The notes under the pieces: generated by a model | Seen by the model: the letters and a program-made list of their open reading frames with translations, nothing else | The model's database searches: none | What the model was told of the DNA's origin: nothing | Part shown: piece after piece, positions 1-8,461 of the stretch | Numbering within the stretch: the first letter of the stretch is position 1 | How the letters are laid out: each line of letters opens with the position of its first letter | Program-made: the position numbers and the translations under genes | Assembly (NCBI GenBank): GCA_020723435.1 | Contig: DYIV01000001.1 | Location: 1-60,261, forward strand | Reading direction: 5' to 3' | Length of the DNA stretch: 60,261 nt | Origin: Slackia heliotrinireducens | Lineage (GTDB): Bacteria; Actinomycetota; Aquicultoria; DYIV01

Positions 1-82
1 TCGGCAGGCGGGACATTATGCTGCTGGCGACGGTCAGTCCGCCCATGCCGGAATCGAAGATACCGATCGGAAGATTGTTCAA
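1..82 (-). CDS. murI: glutamate racemase, N-terminal fragment (gene runs off the window start)
   Basis: Minus-strand translation from TTG (80-82) gives (M)NNLPIGIFDSGMGGLTVASSIMSRLP. IGxFDSGxGGLTV is the conserved MurI N-terminus. It is absent from the ORF track because the window edge truncates it. Confidence 0.6.
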   Translation of the reverse strand, partial: MNNLPIGIFDSGMGGLTVASSIMSRLP

Positions 83-257
83 ATGCGACCCCTGTCTCGT
101 CCTGGTGAGTGAGTGTTAGTGTAGCCCGAGCGGTCGGCGCGGGCAATGCTCACTAGGCTCATGATCCACGGCGCTGATGACCATGAATCGACCGAGCGGG
201 CCTGAAGGACTCAGCGTGTTCTCGTGGGAGAATCCTCCAGGAAGAAGGAGGGACCCA

Positions 258-650
258 ATGACGAAGATGCTGCTGCAAAGACCACTGCGCGTTGTCGGGT
301 TGTGGCTGGTCGCGCTCGGCATCGGCCTACCGCTCGGCGCCGGTGTCTCCGCGCTGCAGCTCACCTTTGCGTCAGTCGTGCTCGCGCTGTTGTTCCTGTC
401 GATCGACGCGGCGCTCTTGCTCCTCTATCTGCGAACGTTGCCTGACACGCCTGCTCGTCCGATCGTCGAGGCGACCAAGGCGTCTTTCTTGTGGATGCCG
501 CTCTTCGCCGTGTTCGACCTCGTGCTCGAGGGACTAATACGAGGTAGTTTCGCCTACCTGCCCAGCTCGATACCCTTCTACGGAATAGCGCTGGGATCTG
601 GACCGATCGCGGGTCTGCTCGGCAAGAGACCATCCCGACAGAGACTGTAG
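258..650 (+). CDS. hypothetical integral membrane protein (about 130 aa, about 4 hydrophobic segments)
   Basis: ORF 177-650. The internal ATG at 258 lies 7 nt after a strong AAGGAGG. The product is dominated by hydrophobic helices (LWLVALGIGLPLGAG..., VVLALLFLSIDAALLLLYL...). No recognisable family. Confidence 0.5.
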   Translation: MTKMLLQRPLRVVGLWLVALGIGLPLGAGVSALQLTFASVVLALLFLSIDAALLLLYLRTLPDTPARPIVEATKASFLWMPLFAVFDLVLEGLIRGSFAYLPSSIPFYGIALGSGPIAGLLGKRPSRQRL

Positions 651-660
651 CGTCGCTCGC

Positions 661-1935
661 CTAGTGCACTGAGCAGGAGATGCAGGGGTCGTAGGCGCGC
701 ACCAACATCGAGCAGAGTAGTTCCATCTGCTCGTCGTTGGCCCCACGCTTCACGTATTCCTCGACCAGCGCGCCAAGATCGTGGTGGATGTTCGCGTTGT
801 TCTGCGTGGTGGGGATTATGCAGTTGGCGCGGACGATGCGCCCGCTCTCGTCGTACTCGTAGTCATGGAAGAGGATCCCGCGCGGCACTTCCGCCGCCCC
901 CACGCCACGTCCCGCCGACGCCTCCACGGGAGCCATCGTCTCGATGCCCTTCGGCTCATCGAGCAGCTCTTCGACGAGCCTGATGGCGTCCTCGGTGACG
1001 TGCACGCACTCCACAAGCTGCGCGATGTTGTTCATGAAGGGGTTGTGATTGACCGGAGTCAGGCCCAAGTCCCGCGCGACCTGCCGCGCCCGCTCCGTCA
1101 GCTTGTCGAAGTTGTTGTTGAGCCGGGCAAGAGCGCCGACCGCGTACGACTCCCGCGAAAGCTTTGTCCACTTCGACGTGTTGCCGTCGGTGCAGTATTC
1201 GTTCGTTGCCTGCAGGTAGTCGGCCTCGGCCAGGTCCACGCCGTCAGTGGAGACGATGCGCCCGCCGATCCAGGGATAGTCTTCGGTGCCGCCCAGCGAG
1301 ACGAACTCCGTCTCGCGGGCAAACTCGGGGATCTCAAGAGTCGCGAAGGTCTCAATCACCTTCTTCACGAGCTCCAGAGAGGCCTCCAGCTCAGCCTTTA
1401 TCTCGGCGAGCCTCGTTCGCTCCGGCATCTTCGCCACGCCGCCGACGAGCAGCGAGACGGGATGTGTCATGCGCCCCGCTGCAACCTCGCTGATCGTGTT
1501 GCCCAGCCGCTTCAGTCGCGCTGCTACGCCCACCAGCTCCGGATCGGCCTCGATGAGCGCTATGGCACTGGGCGCCCCAAGGAAGTCGGGGACCGCCAGG
1601 AAGAACAGGTGAAGATAGTGGCTCTGCAGCGTTTCGCCGTGCTTGGCAAGAAGACGCAGCTTGCGGGCCACACGCGGAATCTCAACCCCCAGCGCGTGCT
1701 CGGTGGCGCGAAGGCTCGCCAAGGTGTGGCCGATTGAGCAGATGCCGCAGATACGCGAGGTCAAGACGGCGGCACTCGTGTAGTGCTTGCCCTTGAGCAT
1801 GACCTCGAAGTAGCGGGGCGTCTCCACGATCTCCCAGCTGGCCTCTTTGAGCTTGCCGTCTTCGACGAGAACTCCGATGTCGCCGTGGCCCTCGACTCGA
1901 GTCAGCTTGTGTATGTCGACTCTGACCGTGCTCAT
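661..1935 (-). CDS. hydA: [NiFe]-hydrogenase large (alpha) subunit, group 3b-like (sulfhydrogenase / NAD(P)-coupled type)
   Basis: N-terminal RVEGHG and RICGICSIGH (RxCGxCxxxH) plus C-terminal DPCISCSVH Ni-binding motifs. Size is 424 aa. It is the last gene of a beta-gamma-delta-alpha operon and has an ATGA overlap with the small subunit. Confidence 0.9.
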   Translation of the reverse strand: MSTVRVDIHKLTRVEGHGDIGVLVEDGKLKEASWEIVETPRYFEVMLKGKHYTSAAVLTSRICGICSIGHTLASLRATEHALGVEIPRVARKLRLLAKHGETLQSHYLHLFFLAVPDFLGAPSAIALIEADPELVGVAARLKRLGNTISEVAAGRMTHPVSLLVGGVAKMPERTRLAEIKAELEASLELVKKVIETFATLEIPEFARETEFVSLGGTEDYPWIGGRIVSTDGVDLAEADYLQATNEYCTDGNTSKWTKLSRESYAVGALARLNNNFDKLTERARQVARDLGLTPVNHNPFMNNIAQLVECVHVTEDAIRLVEELLDEPKGIETMAPVEASAGRGVGAAEVPRGILFHDYEYDESGRIVRANCIIPTTQNNANIHHDLGALVEEYVKRGANDEQMELLCSMLVRAYDPCISCSVH

Positions 1936-2687
1936 CCAACCGCTCCCTCGAATGCGCCGAAGAAGCCGAGCCTCTCGCGGACCTCATCTTCCCCGAAGCC
2001 CTTCTCTTTCAGCGCCGACAGATACTCAGGAACATTGGCGTCGCGTGCCGGCCCCCGGCAGCCCCAGCAGCCCCGCCCGCCGGTCGGGCACGGCGCGTCG
2101 CAGCCCGCCTGCACGATGGGACCCAGACAGAGTTGGCCCCGATCGACCAGGCAGATGTTGAAGCGCTGCTTGCACTCGACGCAAACCGGATAGGCCGGGA
2201 AGGAGAAGGCGACATCCAGGACCACGTGCTGCACGATCCGCTCGACCTCCGCCTTGTTCACCGGGCATCCAGGGATGGCCAGATCGACCTCAACGACATC
2301 ACCGACCGCGCGGACCTCAGAGGTCTCCTTGGGCTTGTCGCCGTAGACCTCACGGTTCGCCTCACCGAGATCGAAGGTATTCTTGAGCCGATTGACGCCG
2401 CCGTAGCAGGCGCAGGTGCCCAGCGCGACGACCACACCAGCCCTGTCACGAATCTGCCGCAACAAAGCCTCCTCGTCGGCGCGACTGATCGCCCCTTCGA
2501 TCAGAGCGATCTCGTAGTCGTCGCCGGCGTCCGTCATCACCTCTCGAAAAGCGACGACCTCGACGGCGGCCAAGAAGTCGACCAGGGTCTCCTCCTTGTT
2601 GGCCAGCTGCAGCTCGCACCCCTCGCAGCCGGTGAAGTCGAAGACCGCGATCTTCGGGCGCTTCGGCTGTATTCCCAAATACTGCAC
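1932..2687 (-). CDS. hydD: [NiFe]-hydrogenase small (delta) subunit, group 3 type
   Basis: FDFTGCEGCELQ, GTCACYGG and GCP motifs plus a C-terminal Cys cluster (CVECKQRFNICL..CLGP..AGCDAPCP..GRGCWGC), typical of the short group 3 small subunit. Confidence 0.85.
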   Translation of the reverse strand: MQYLGIQPKRPKIAVFDFTGCEGCELQLANKEETLVDFLAAVEVVAFREVMTDAGDDYEIALIEGAISRADEEALLRQIRDRAGVVVALGTCACYGGVNRLKNTFDLGEANREVYGDKPKETSEVRAVGDVVEVDLAIPGCPVNKAEVERIVQHVVLDVAFSFPAYPVCVECKQRFNICLVDRGQLCLGPIVQAGCDAPCPTGGRGCWGCRGPARDANVPEYLSALKEKGFGEDEVRERLGFFGAFEGAVG

Positions 2688-2696
2688 GCGCTCCCC

Positions 2697-3605
2697 CTAG
2701 ATCGATTCTTTCAGATTCATGACCGTCCAGTAGTCGAAGACCGGGCCGCCTATGCACGTGTAGGTCGAGCCGATGTTGCAGCGGCAGCACTTGCCCATCC
2801 CACAGTGCATGCGCCTCTCCAGCGAGACATAGATGCGATGCATAGGCACGCCCATGTCGCTGAGCCTGTTGCAGATGAACTTGAACATCACCGGCGGGCC
2901 GCAGACAATCGCGTACGTGTCATCGGGATCGACATCGATCGCATCGAACAGCTTCGTGATCAAGCCGACCTGGCCCGTCCACCCGTCGTCCGGCCGCTCC
3001 ACGATGATCCGCAGATCGCAGCCGTAGATCCGCTCCCACTGCTTGTACTCGAAATCGAAGAGGAGCTGTCCGGGGTCGGCCGTGCCGTAGAGAATGTGCA
3101 CGTTGCGATAGTCCGGCCGGTTCTGGGTGACGTGAAAGATCGGAGCGCGCAGGGGCGCCAGGCCCAGGCCTCCCGCGATGAGCAGCACGTCGCTTCCGAC
3201 CATCTGATCCATCGGAAAGTGCGTTCCGAACGGACCGCGAATCCCGACCCGGGCGCCCGGCTGGGCGCTGTGGAGAACGCCGGTCACCGTCCCCGCCTTG
3301 CGGATGCACAGCTCGATATAGCCGCGGATCGACGGATCGCCGGCGATGGAGACGGGAATCTCGCCGAAGCCCGGCACCTCCAGCATCACGAACTGGCCGG
3401 GCAGGAAGGTAAACCGCTGCCGCTCGGCCGCATCGAGGATTCTGATGTGGAACAGCTTCTCCCGATCGGTCAGCGGCGTGATGTGCGCGATCTGGGCCTT
3501 GAAGTTCTTCTCCACCGGCATGAGGCGATTGCGCTGGTTGAAGTCGACCGGCGCGCGCATGTCGGCGAGCTTCTCGATGTCGAAAGGATGGATCGTCGTG
3601 TTCAC
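2697..3605 (-). CDS. hydG: hydrogenase gamma subunit, FAD/NAD(P)-binding oxidoreductase with C-terminal 2Fe-2S (AsrB/PyrK-like)
   Basis: PGQFVMLEVPGFGEIPVSI, GPFG, LLIAGGLGLAPL, CGPPVM and C-terminal CGMGKCCRCN. I place the start at GTG 3603-3605, preceded by GGAGGAG and overlapping the upstream stop as GTGA. The 419-aa track ORF has a spurious N-terminal extension. Confidence 0.85.
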   Translation of the reverse strand: MNTTIHPFDIEKLADMRAPVDFNQRNRLMPVEKNFKAQIAHITPLTDREKLFHIRILDAAERQRFTFLPGQFVMLEVPGFGEIPVSIAGDPSIRGYIELCIRKAGTVTGVLHSAQPGARVGIRGPFGTHFPMDQMVGSDVLLIAGGLGLAPLRAPIFHVTQNRPDYRNVHILYGTADPGQLLFDFEYKQWERIYGCDLRIIVERPDDGWTGQVGLITKLFDAIDVDPDDTYAIVCGPPVMFKFICNRLSDMGVPMHRIYVSLERRMHCGMGKCCRCNIGSTYTCIGGPVFDYWTVMNLKESI

Positions 3606-4645
3606 AGGCGCTCCTCCCTCTGAAGATCGCCGATGACCTCCGCCGGGTGTATCCCGACCAAGCAGGCGCGCCCGCAGCGGTTGCAGCCCACGCACTTGGG
3701 CTCGTCGTATGACTCGACGAAGCCGCGATGCTGGTGGTAGAAGCGGTACTTCAGCCGCGTCTTGCGGTCGGGCCGGAAGTTGCGCCCGCCGGAGACCTCC
3801 GCGAAATCGACGATGGTGCAGGCATAGAGCCGTTTCGACTTGCTCCCTGTCTTCCAGTCCATCGAGGCGCGTTCCTCGACGCCGTAGCAGTAGCAGGTCG
3901 GGCAGGACATCGCGCAACTGCCGCAGCTCAGACACTTCTCGCCCCACTTGGTCCACACTTCGGACTCGAACTCCATGTCCAGCAGGTTCGGCAGGTCCTG
4001 GATGTCCAGATCGGTAGTGAACTGCTCGGTGATGCGGTGGCGAACGGCCTTGAAGGCCTGCGTGTCGGCGTCGGAAACGTCTTGGGTCTTGACCTGGCCG
4101 AGCATGCTGTACCCGCGCGACGACTTGATCTCCACGAGATACGTCTCGCCCAGATCGGTCAGGAACAGATCGAAGCCGTGCGTCACCGTGTCGGCTCCGA
4201 CCGCGTGACAGAATCCGCCGTCACACGGCTCGTGGTCGATTCCGACGACGAACGTGTTCTGCCGGCGCGACACGTAGTACGGGCTCGGGAAGACATCCCG
4301 CGCCAGAACCTTGTCCAGCTTCAGCAGCCCGTTGATGTCACAGGCGTGCAGGCCGAGCAGGATGCGCGGCATGGCTCTGTAGCCGATCTCCTGCCCCCAG
4401 TCACCGGCCTCGAAGGTGTACGTCGATAGGTTCTCGCGATACGGCAGGAAGTAGGTCTTGGCGGAATGAGCGGTCGTTTCATAGTTGAGATCGATCTCGT
4501 CAAAGGACTCCACCGGGAGGTACTCATGGATCGGATCACCGTGTACGTCGGACTCGACGCGCGTCGGGGCGACCACTTCGTTCGACTCGAGCATGATCCC
4601 GACGAGCTTCTCGAATTCGTCTTTCGAAACGGTCTTGAACAGCAT
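3602..4645 (-). CDS. hydB: hydrogenase beta subunit, 4Fe-4S dicluster protein (AsrA-like)
   Basis: CLSCGSCAMSCPTCYC and CVGCNRCGRACLVG ferredoxin-type motifs. It is the first gene of the operon. The start is taken at ATG 4645 (MLFKTVSKDEFEKL...), not the upstream ATG of the track ORF. Confidence 0.8.
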   Translation of the reverse strand: MLFKTVSKDEFEKLVGIMLESNEVVAPTRVESDVHGDPIHEYLPVESFDEIDLNYETTAHSAKTYFLPYRENLSTYTFEAGDWGQEIGYRAMPRILLGLHACDINGLLKLDKVLARDVFPSPYYVSRRQNTFVVGIDHEPCDGGFCHAVGADTVTHGFDLFLTDLGETYLVEIKSSRGYSMLGQVKTQDVSDADTQAFKAVRHRITEQFTTDLDIQDLPNLLDMEFESEVWTKWGEKCLSCGSCAMSCPTCYCYGVEERASMDWKTGSKSKRLYACTIVDFAEVSGGRNFRPDRKTRLKYRFYHQHRGFVESYDEPKCVGCNRCGRACLVGIHPAEVIGDLQREERL

Positions 4646-4805
4646 ATCCTCAGCCCCATCTCGCGCGCCGGCGCGAGTTCCCCCAGGCAATGGACGCAGC
4701 GCACCATGCGGTGCGCCGCTTGTGAACGTGTGAATCGTCGGCCCTTTGTAACACGTCTTCGCATCGGGCCGCAACCCTACGCCGGATGCTTGCCGGGCGG
4801 ACCGA

Positions 4806-5549
4806 TTACCGTTGCTTACGCATCTGTGTCCAGATCGTGGCCGCGATCGCCCCGGCGGCGATCAGCGCGACGAAGATGAGTAGCGCTTTGTCGGTCAAAT
4901 CGGCGCCGGCCGCGGACTGCTCGCCGGCCTTGCCGGTCGCCTTTCCGGTGAAGGATATCTTGACCTGCAGCTTCTTGCCGACCGGCAACTCCATCGGATC
5001 GGTGACGTAGAAGCGGAGCTTGTCGCTATCGACGTTCGCGTGCTTCCAGGGCGGCGTCATCTTGACGACCGAATCGGCCGTCGGCGCTTTGAAGCCGAAG
5101 AGAACCTTCTCGGCGGGATAGGCTTGGACCCAGCCCAAGACGATGACGGTCTGATCCTTCTCCTTGCGCAGACCGTGCCAGTCGGCCTCGAGCTGCGCCG
5201 CGCGGGCCTTGGTGAGCGTGAAGGATACCTCGTCGTAGTCCTTCTTCGGAGTGACCACCGGCTTTGCCTGGATATCCTTGGAGGGATCGCCGCCGAAGAC
5301 CTCGCCGGCCCAAGATACCGTTGCGCCCTTGGGCATGACGAACTTCACGGTGATCGGCAGCGGCGTGTTCGGGGCGTACTCAGCCGACTCGAGGAAGAGC
5401 ATGTGGTCGCCCTCCTCCGGCGTCATCTGAACATTGAGCGCCTTGGGCACGGCCTCCGCCGCGAACGCAGCGGACGCCGACACGACAAGGATGAAGGCAC
5501 AAAGCATGGCGGCGACAAGAGCACCGGACGGGCGAAGCACTTTGGACAC
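4806..5549 (-). CDS. hypothetical secreted protein with C-terminal membrane anchor
   Basis: GTG start behind GGAAGGAG. It has a signal peptide (...VVSASAAFAAEA), a soluble domain of about 190 aa, a C-terminal TM helix (ALLIFVALIAAGAIAATIW) and a basic tail (TQMRKQR). Confidence 0.6.
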   Translation of the reverse strand: MSKVLRPSGALVAAMLCAFILVVSASAAFAAEAVPKALNVQMTPEEGDHMLFLESAEYAPNTPLPITVKFVMPKGATVSWAGEVFGGDPSKDIQAKPVVTPKKDYDEVSFTLTKARAAQLEADWHGLRKEKDQTVIVLGWVQAYPAEKVLFGFKAPTADSVVKMTPPWKHANVDSDKLRFYVTDPMELPVGKKLQVKISFTGKATGKAGEQSAAGADLTDKALLIFVALIAAGAIAATIWTQMRKQR

Positions 5550-5773
5550 GGTTGTCTCCTTCCTGGGCCAGGCTGCATCATCACATCAATCGCAGGCGGC
5601 CGCAACAGCGCTACCGCAACATCCGTACCATCTTGCGTGGCTCAGACGCATGATCGCGGCGCAGTCGAGTGTCTTCGCAGATCCAAGGGGACCATCGCGT
5701 CACACACCTCCCTGCTGACAGCGCCGGCGGCTCCCCCTAGAATCAGCAGACAGACACCCGCCGCCTATCGGGA

Positions 5774-6517
5774 ATGCGAGACCAGCACATGTGCGCGAAA
5801 GCCACGAGCATCATCATACCTGTCCACAACCAAGTGGCCCTGACCAGAGAGTGCGTGGAACGCATCTACGCCTGCACCTCGCCGGACCTCTTCGAACTCA
5901 TCGTCGTCGACAATGGATCGACCGACGAGACGCCGGCCTATCTGGCCTCCCTGAGTGACGTCAAGGCGATTCACAACGAGCGCAACGAGGGAGTCGCGCG
6001 GGCCTGGAACCAGGGTATCCGCGCCGCTACCGCTCCGACGCTGGCAATCATTAACAATGACATCCTCGTCACGGAACGCTGGCTGGACAAGCTGCTCGAT
6101 GGCCTGGCGCTCGATCCGGAGGTGGGGATTGTCTGTCCCCTCTTCACAAGCGGCAAGCTGCCTGACGACTTCGCGGCAAAAGCGGCGGAACTCGATACCA
6201 TCGAGCCCCGGCTGATCTATGAGAAGCCGCCCAACGCCCACCACCTGCTGCTTGGATTCTGCTTCTTGGCAAGGCGCTCGGTCTTTGACGCGGTGGGGCT
6301 CTTCGACGAGCAGTATGAGATGTGCCTCTTCGAAGACGTGGACTTTCAGAATCGCGTACTGCAGGGTGGGATGAAGATCGCCTACGTGCCCAGCGTGCTC
6401 ATTCATCACTATGAGTCGCAGACCATCTTCACCGTCGAAGGCTGGGACAAGCACATGTGGAAGAACCAAGAGCGCTACTTGAAGAAGTGGCCTCAGGCAC
6501 GAGGGCGGCAGCCGTGA
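5774..6517 (+). CDS. glycosyltransferase family 2
   Basis: SIIIPVHNQ....VVDNGSTDET...NEGVARAWNQG...NNDI is the GT-A fold signature with a DxD-type region. Confidence 0.8.
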   Translation: MRDQHMCAKATSIIIPVHNQVALTRECVERIYACTSPDLFELIVVDNGSTDETPAYLASLSDVKAIHNERNEGVARAWNQGIRAATAPTLAIINNDILVTERWLDKLLDGLALDPEVGIVCPLFTSGKLPDDFAAKAAELDTIEPRLIYEKPPNAHHLLLGFCFLARRSVFDAVGLFDEQYEMCLFEDVDFQNRVLQGGMKIAYVPSVLIHHYESQTIFTVEGWDKHMWKNQERYLKKWPQARGRQP

Positions 6518-7644
6518 GTGGCGCCGCCCCGGTCAGCGTCATCGTCCCCTGCTACAACTACGCCAACTACGTGCGCGAGGCGGTGGCCAGCGTCCGGCGA
6601 CAGACCCTGCCGCCCGCGGAGCTGATTCTCGTCGACGACGGGTCCACCGATGGCTCGCTTGACGTCATGCGCGCGCTTGCGGATGAGATCGATGGCATCG
6701 CGGTCAAAGTGCTTCACCAGGACAATCGGGGAGTCGCCGCCGCCCGCAATCGCGGTGCCGAGGTAGCGCGGAGCGAACTGCTCCTCTTCCTTGACGCGGA
6801 CGACCTGTTGCTCCCGCGCATGATCGAGACAACAACGGCGGCGCTCGCGCAACACCCCGAAGCGGCGATTGCCTACGGCTCCGCGATCTTCCACTACGAC
6901 GGCATGGACCCCACTGCCGCCGGACCACGCGAGGGCGAGGTGGCCGAGGCGCTGGACTACTCCTTCGATCACCTCCTGGAGGACAACTTCATCTTCATGG
7001 AATCGCTGCTCCGTCGTGAAGCGTTCGAGCAGGCCGAGGGGTTCGATTCACGGATGCACGTCGCCGAAGACTGGGAACTCTGGATCGACGTATGCAAACA
7101 CGGCTGGACCGCGGTATGTGTTTCCGAGCCGGTCTTCGTCTATAGACTGCACAAGGGTTCAAGGCGCAACGTCACGGAAAGGACGCTCTTCGAAGGAATG
7201 GCCGAGATACAGGCCATTCACCCGGAGCTCTACAAGCCCGAGCGCCGGCAGTGGCTCCTTGTTGCGGCACGTGGACAGGAGGTGCGAGATGCACAGGACG
7301 CCGTGCTGTCTCGCTTGACCAACGAGAGGGCGCTCGTCGAGGCGGAGCTGGATGCCGGGATTGCCGAAGCGCGTCGTGTCATGGACCAGTGGAGACGGCT
7401 GGTGCAAGCGATCGAGAGTTCCCGGGTGAGGACCGTTGCACTGCGGCTGGTTGACGCCTTCGACCGGCGGGGCAAGGCAATCGAGGCCATGGAAGTCGCA
7501 CCGGCGGAGCTGCTTGGCCGCGCGCGAGAGCAGGTCACCGACGCGGAGCGCCAGGCTGCGGGGGCCTTTCGCAGCTTCTTGGACCTCGGTGTCGAGCTGG
7601 GAGAACTGACGGAGGCTTCAAGCGCTAAGACCAAGAAGCTGTAG
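6514..7644 (+). CDS. glycosyltransferase family 2 with C-terminal coiled-coil-like extension
   Basis: VSVIVPCYNYANYVREAVASVRRQT...LVDDGSTDGS...LDADD. The start is taken at GTG 6514, which overlaps the upstream TGA (GTGA). The C-terminal 130 aa or so are Ala/Glu/Arg-rich and helical. Confidence 0.8.
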   Translation: MSGAAPVSVIVPCYNYANYVREAVASVRRQTLPPAELILVDDGSTDGSLDVMRALADEIDGIAVKVLHQDNRGVAAARNRGAEVARSELLLFLDADDLLLPRMIETTTAALAQHPEAAIAYGSAIFHYDGMDPTAAGPREGEVAEALDYSFDHLLEDNFIFMESLLRREAFEQAEGFDSRMHVAEDWELWIDVCKHGWTAVCVSEPVFVYRLHKGSRRNVTERTLFEGMAEIQAIHPELYKPERRQWLLVAARGQEVRDAQDAVLSRLTNERALVEAELDAGIAEARRVMDQWRRLVQAIESSRVRTVALRLVDAFDRRGKAIEAMEVAPAELLGRAREQVTDAERQAAGAFRSFLDLGVELGELTEASSAKTKKL

Positions 7645-7700
7645 CGGCAGACCCCCAAGCGGCACCTCGCACCCCTGGAGCAGGATGCTAGACGACGCGG

Positions 7701-8057
7701 CTACACCACCGCGATCTCTTTGACGTGGAATCCGTGCATCTCGCGGATGCTGCGTCCCACGATCGAGCGAATGCACATCTCGCACTTGTCGGGACTGGCG
7801 GTGCAGCAGGCGACGGCGCGGGGCACGTCAGACGTGCAATCCGGCTTCCTGCACGTAGCCATCATCGAGACGCCGAACTGCCTCGATCCGTTTCCGGTCG
7901 TTATCGCCGAGACCTTGAAGTTGTCGAACTTCCTCACGCTCTGGCCGACGAAAAGCTCCAGGCAACGATCGCACTTCCCCTCCTCGGGAATGCAGGGCGA
8001 CTTCTTGCAGCTTACGATGAACGATACGGCAAACCGTTTCTCTGTTGACTGATACAT
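7701..8057 (-). CDS. small Cys-rich protein made of two homologous half-domains (unknown family)
   Basis: 118 aa. The halves FAVSFIVSCKKSPC..GKCDRCLELFVGQSVRKF and FGVSMMATCRKPDC..DKCEMCIRSIVGRSIREM align clearly. There are 11 Cys in total. GGGAGG lies 12 nt upstream of the ATG. Confidence 0.6.
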   Translation of the reverse strand: MYQSTEKRFAVSFIVSCKKSPCIPEEGKCDRCLELFVGQSVRKFDNFKVSAITTGNGSRQFGVSMMATCRKPDCTSDVPRAVACCTASPDKCEMCIRSIVGRSIREMHGFHVKEIAVV

Positions 8058-8146
8058 CTTGTGCGATACCTCCCTGTCGCTTGCCGATGGGGCCTTCCGC
8101 CTGCCGATGGGCCCGTATTGGCCTTACGTACCCACGTATTGCGAGA

Positions 8147-8175
8147 AGTATCGGCTCGCTTGTGAAACCGGTCAA
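8147..8175 (-). promoter_or_regulatory. candidate sigma70-type promoter for the Cys-rich gene
   Basis: The minus sense reads TTGACC, a 17-nt spacer, then GATACT. This would give a leader of about 90-95 nt. Pattern match only. Confidence 0.25.
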
Positions 8176-8309
8176 CGTACCGGCGACCGGTCTTGAACTG
8201 GTACTTGTGAACACAGGGATTGTTAAGGAGAGAGGCTTTCACAAGGATGGCTGTGGCGGCTATCTGGCGCTTCGAGGTTGCGAGACGCTAATGAACCGCT
8301 AACAATCGG

Positions 8310-8460
8310 TCATTGCGGCCCGAGCCGGCGCAAGTACTCCTCGAGACGGTCGTAGCTCTGTGCCCACCCGTCCATCATCCCGGTCGCGATGATGTCTTCA
8401 CGGATGTCCTTCGATGGGTATTCGACGACCGCGGGCGGACGGCGTGAAGACGATTCTCAC
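8310..8460 (-). pseudogene. truncated/frameshifted gene remnant (SRPBCC/Aha1-like C-terminus, or decayed ParE-type toxin)
   Basis: A GTG 1 nt after the antitoxin stop opens VRIVFTPSARGRRIPIEGHP*. Shifting one frame continues as VVEYPSKDIREDIIATGMMDGWAQSYDRLEEYLRRLGPQ*. The ...GWxxxxDRLxxYL ending resembles SRPBCC-family C-termini. No intact ORF exists. Confidence 0.35.
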
Positions 8461-8461
8461 G

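Noticed and set aside
2697-3956. The track ORF of 419 aa for the hydrogenase gamma subunit. The 347-aa ORF at 30938-31981 (rpiB), the 254-aa ORF at 9928-10692 and the 178-aa ORF at 8462-8998 are the same kind of case.
   Set aside because: The N-terminal extensions overlap the upstream genes and are Arg/Pro-rich nonsense. Internal starts with good RBS and GTGA/ATGA coupling give proteins of canonical length.
8058-8160. Assignment of the Cys-rich gene leader to a known riboswitch class (fluoride, ZTP, guanidine-II, glycine, cobalamin, c-di-GMP-II, Moco).
   Set aside because: None of the consensus cores I can recall is present. Only short chance similarities exist (for example CCGATGG). It is reported only as an unclassified candidate regulatory leader.
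8398-8460. Calling VRIVFTPSARG... an intact ParE/RelE toxin partner of the Phd antitoxin.
   Set aside because: The frame closes after 20 codons. The continuation in another frame looks more like an SRPBCC C-terminus. It is too short and too ambiguous, so it is listed as a remnant only.
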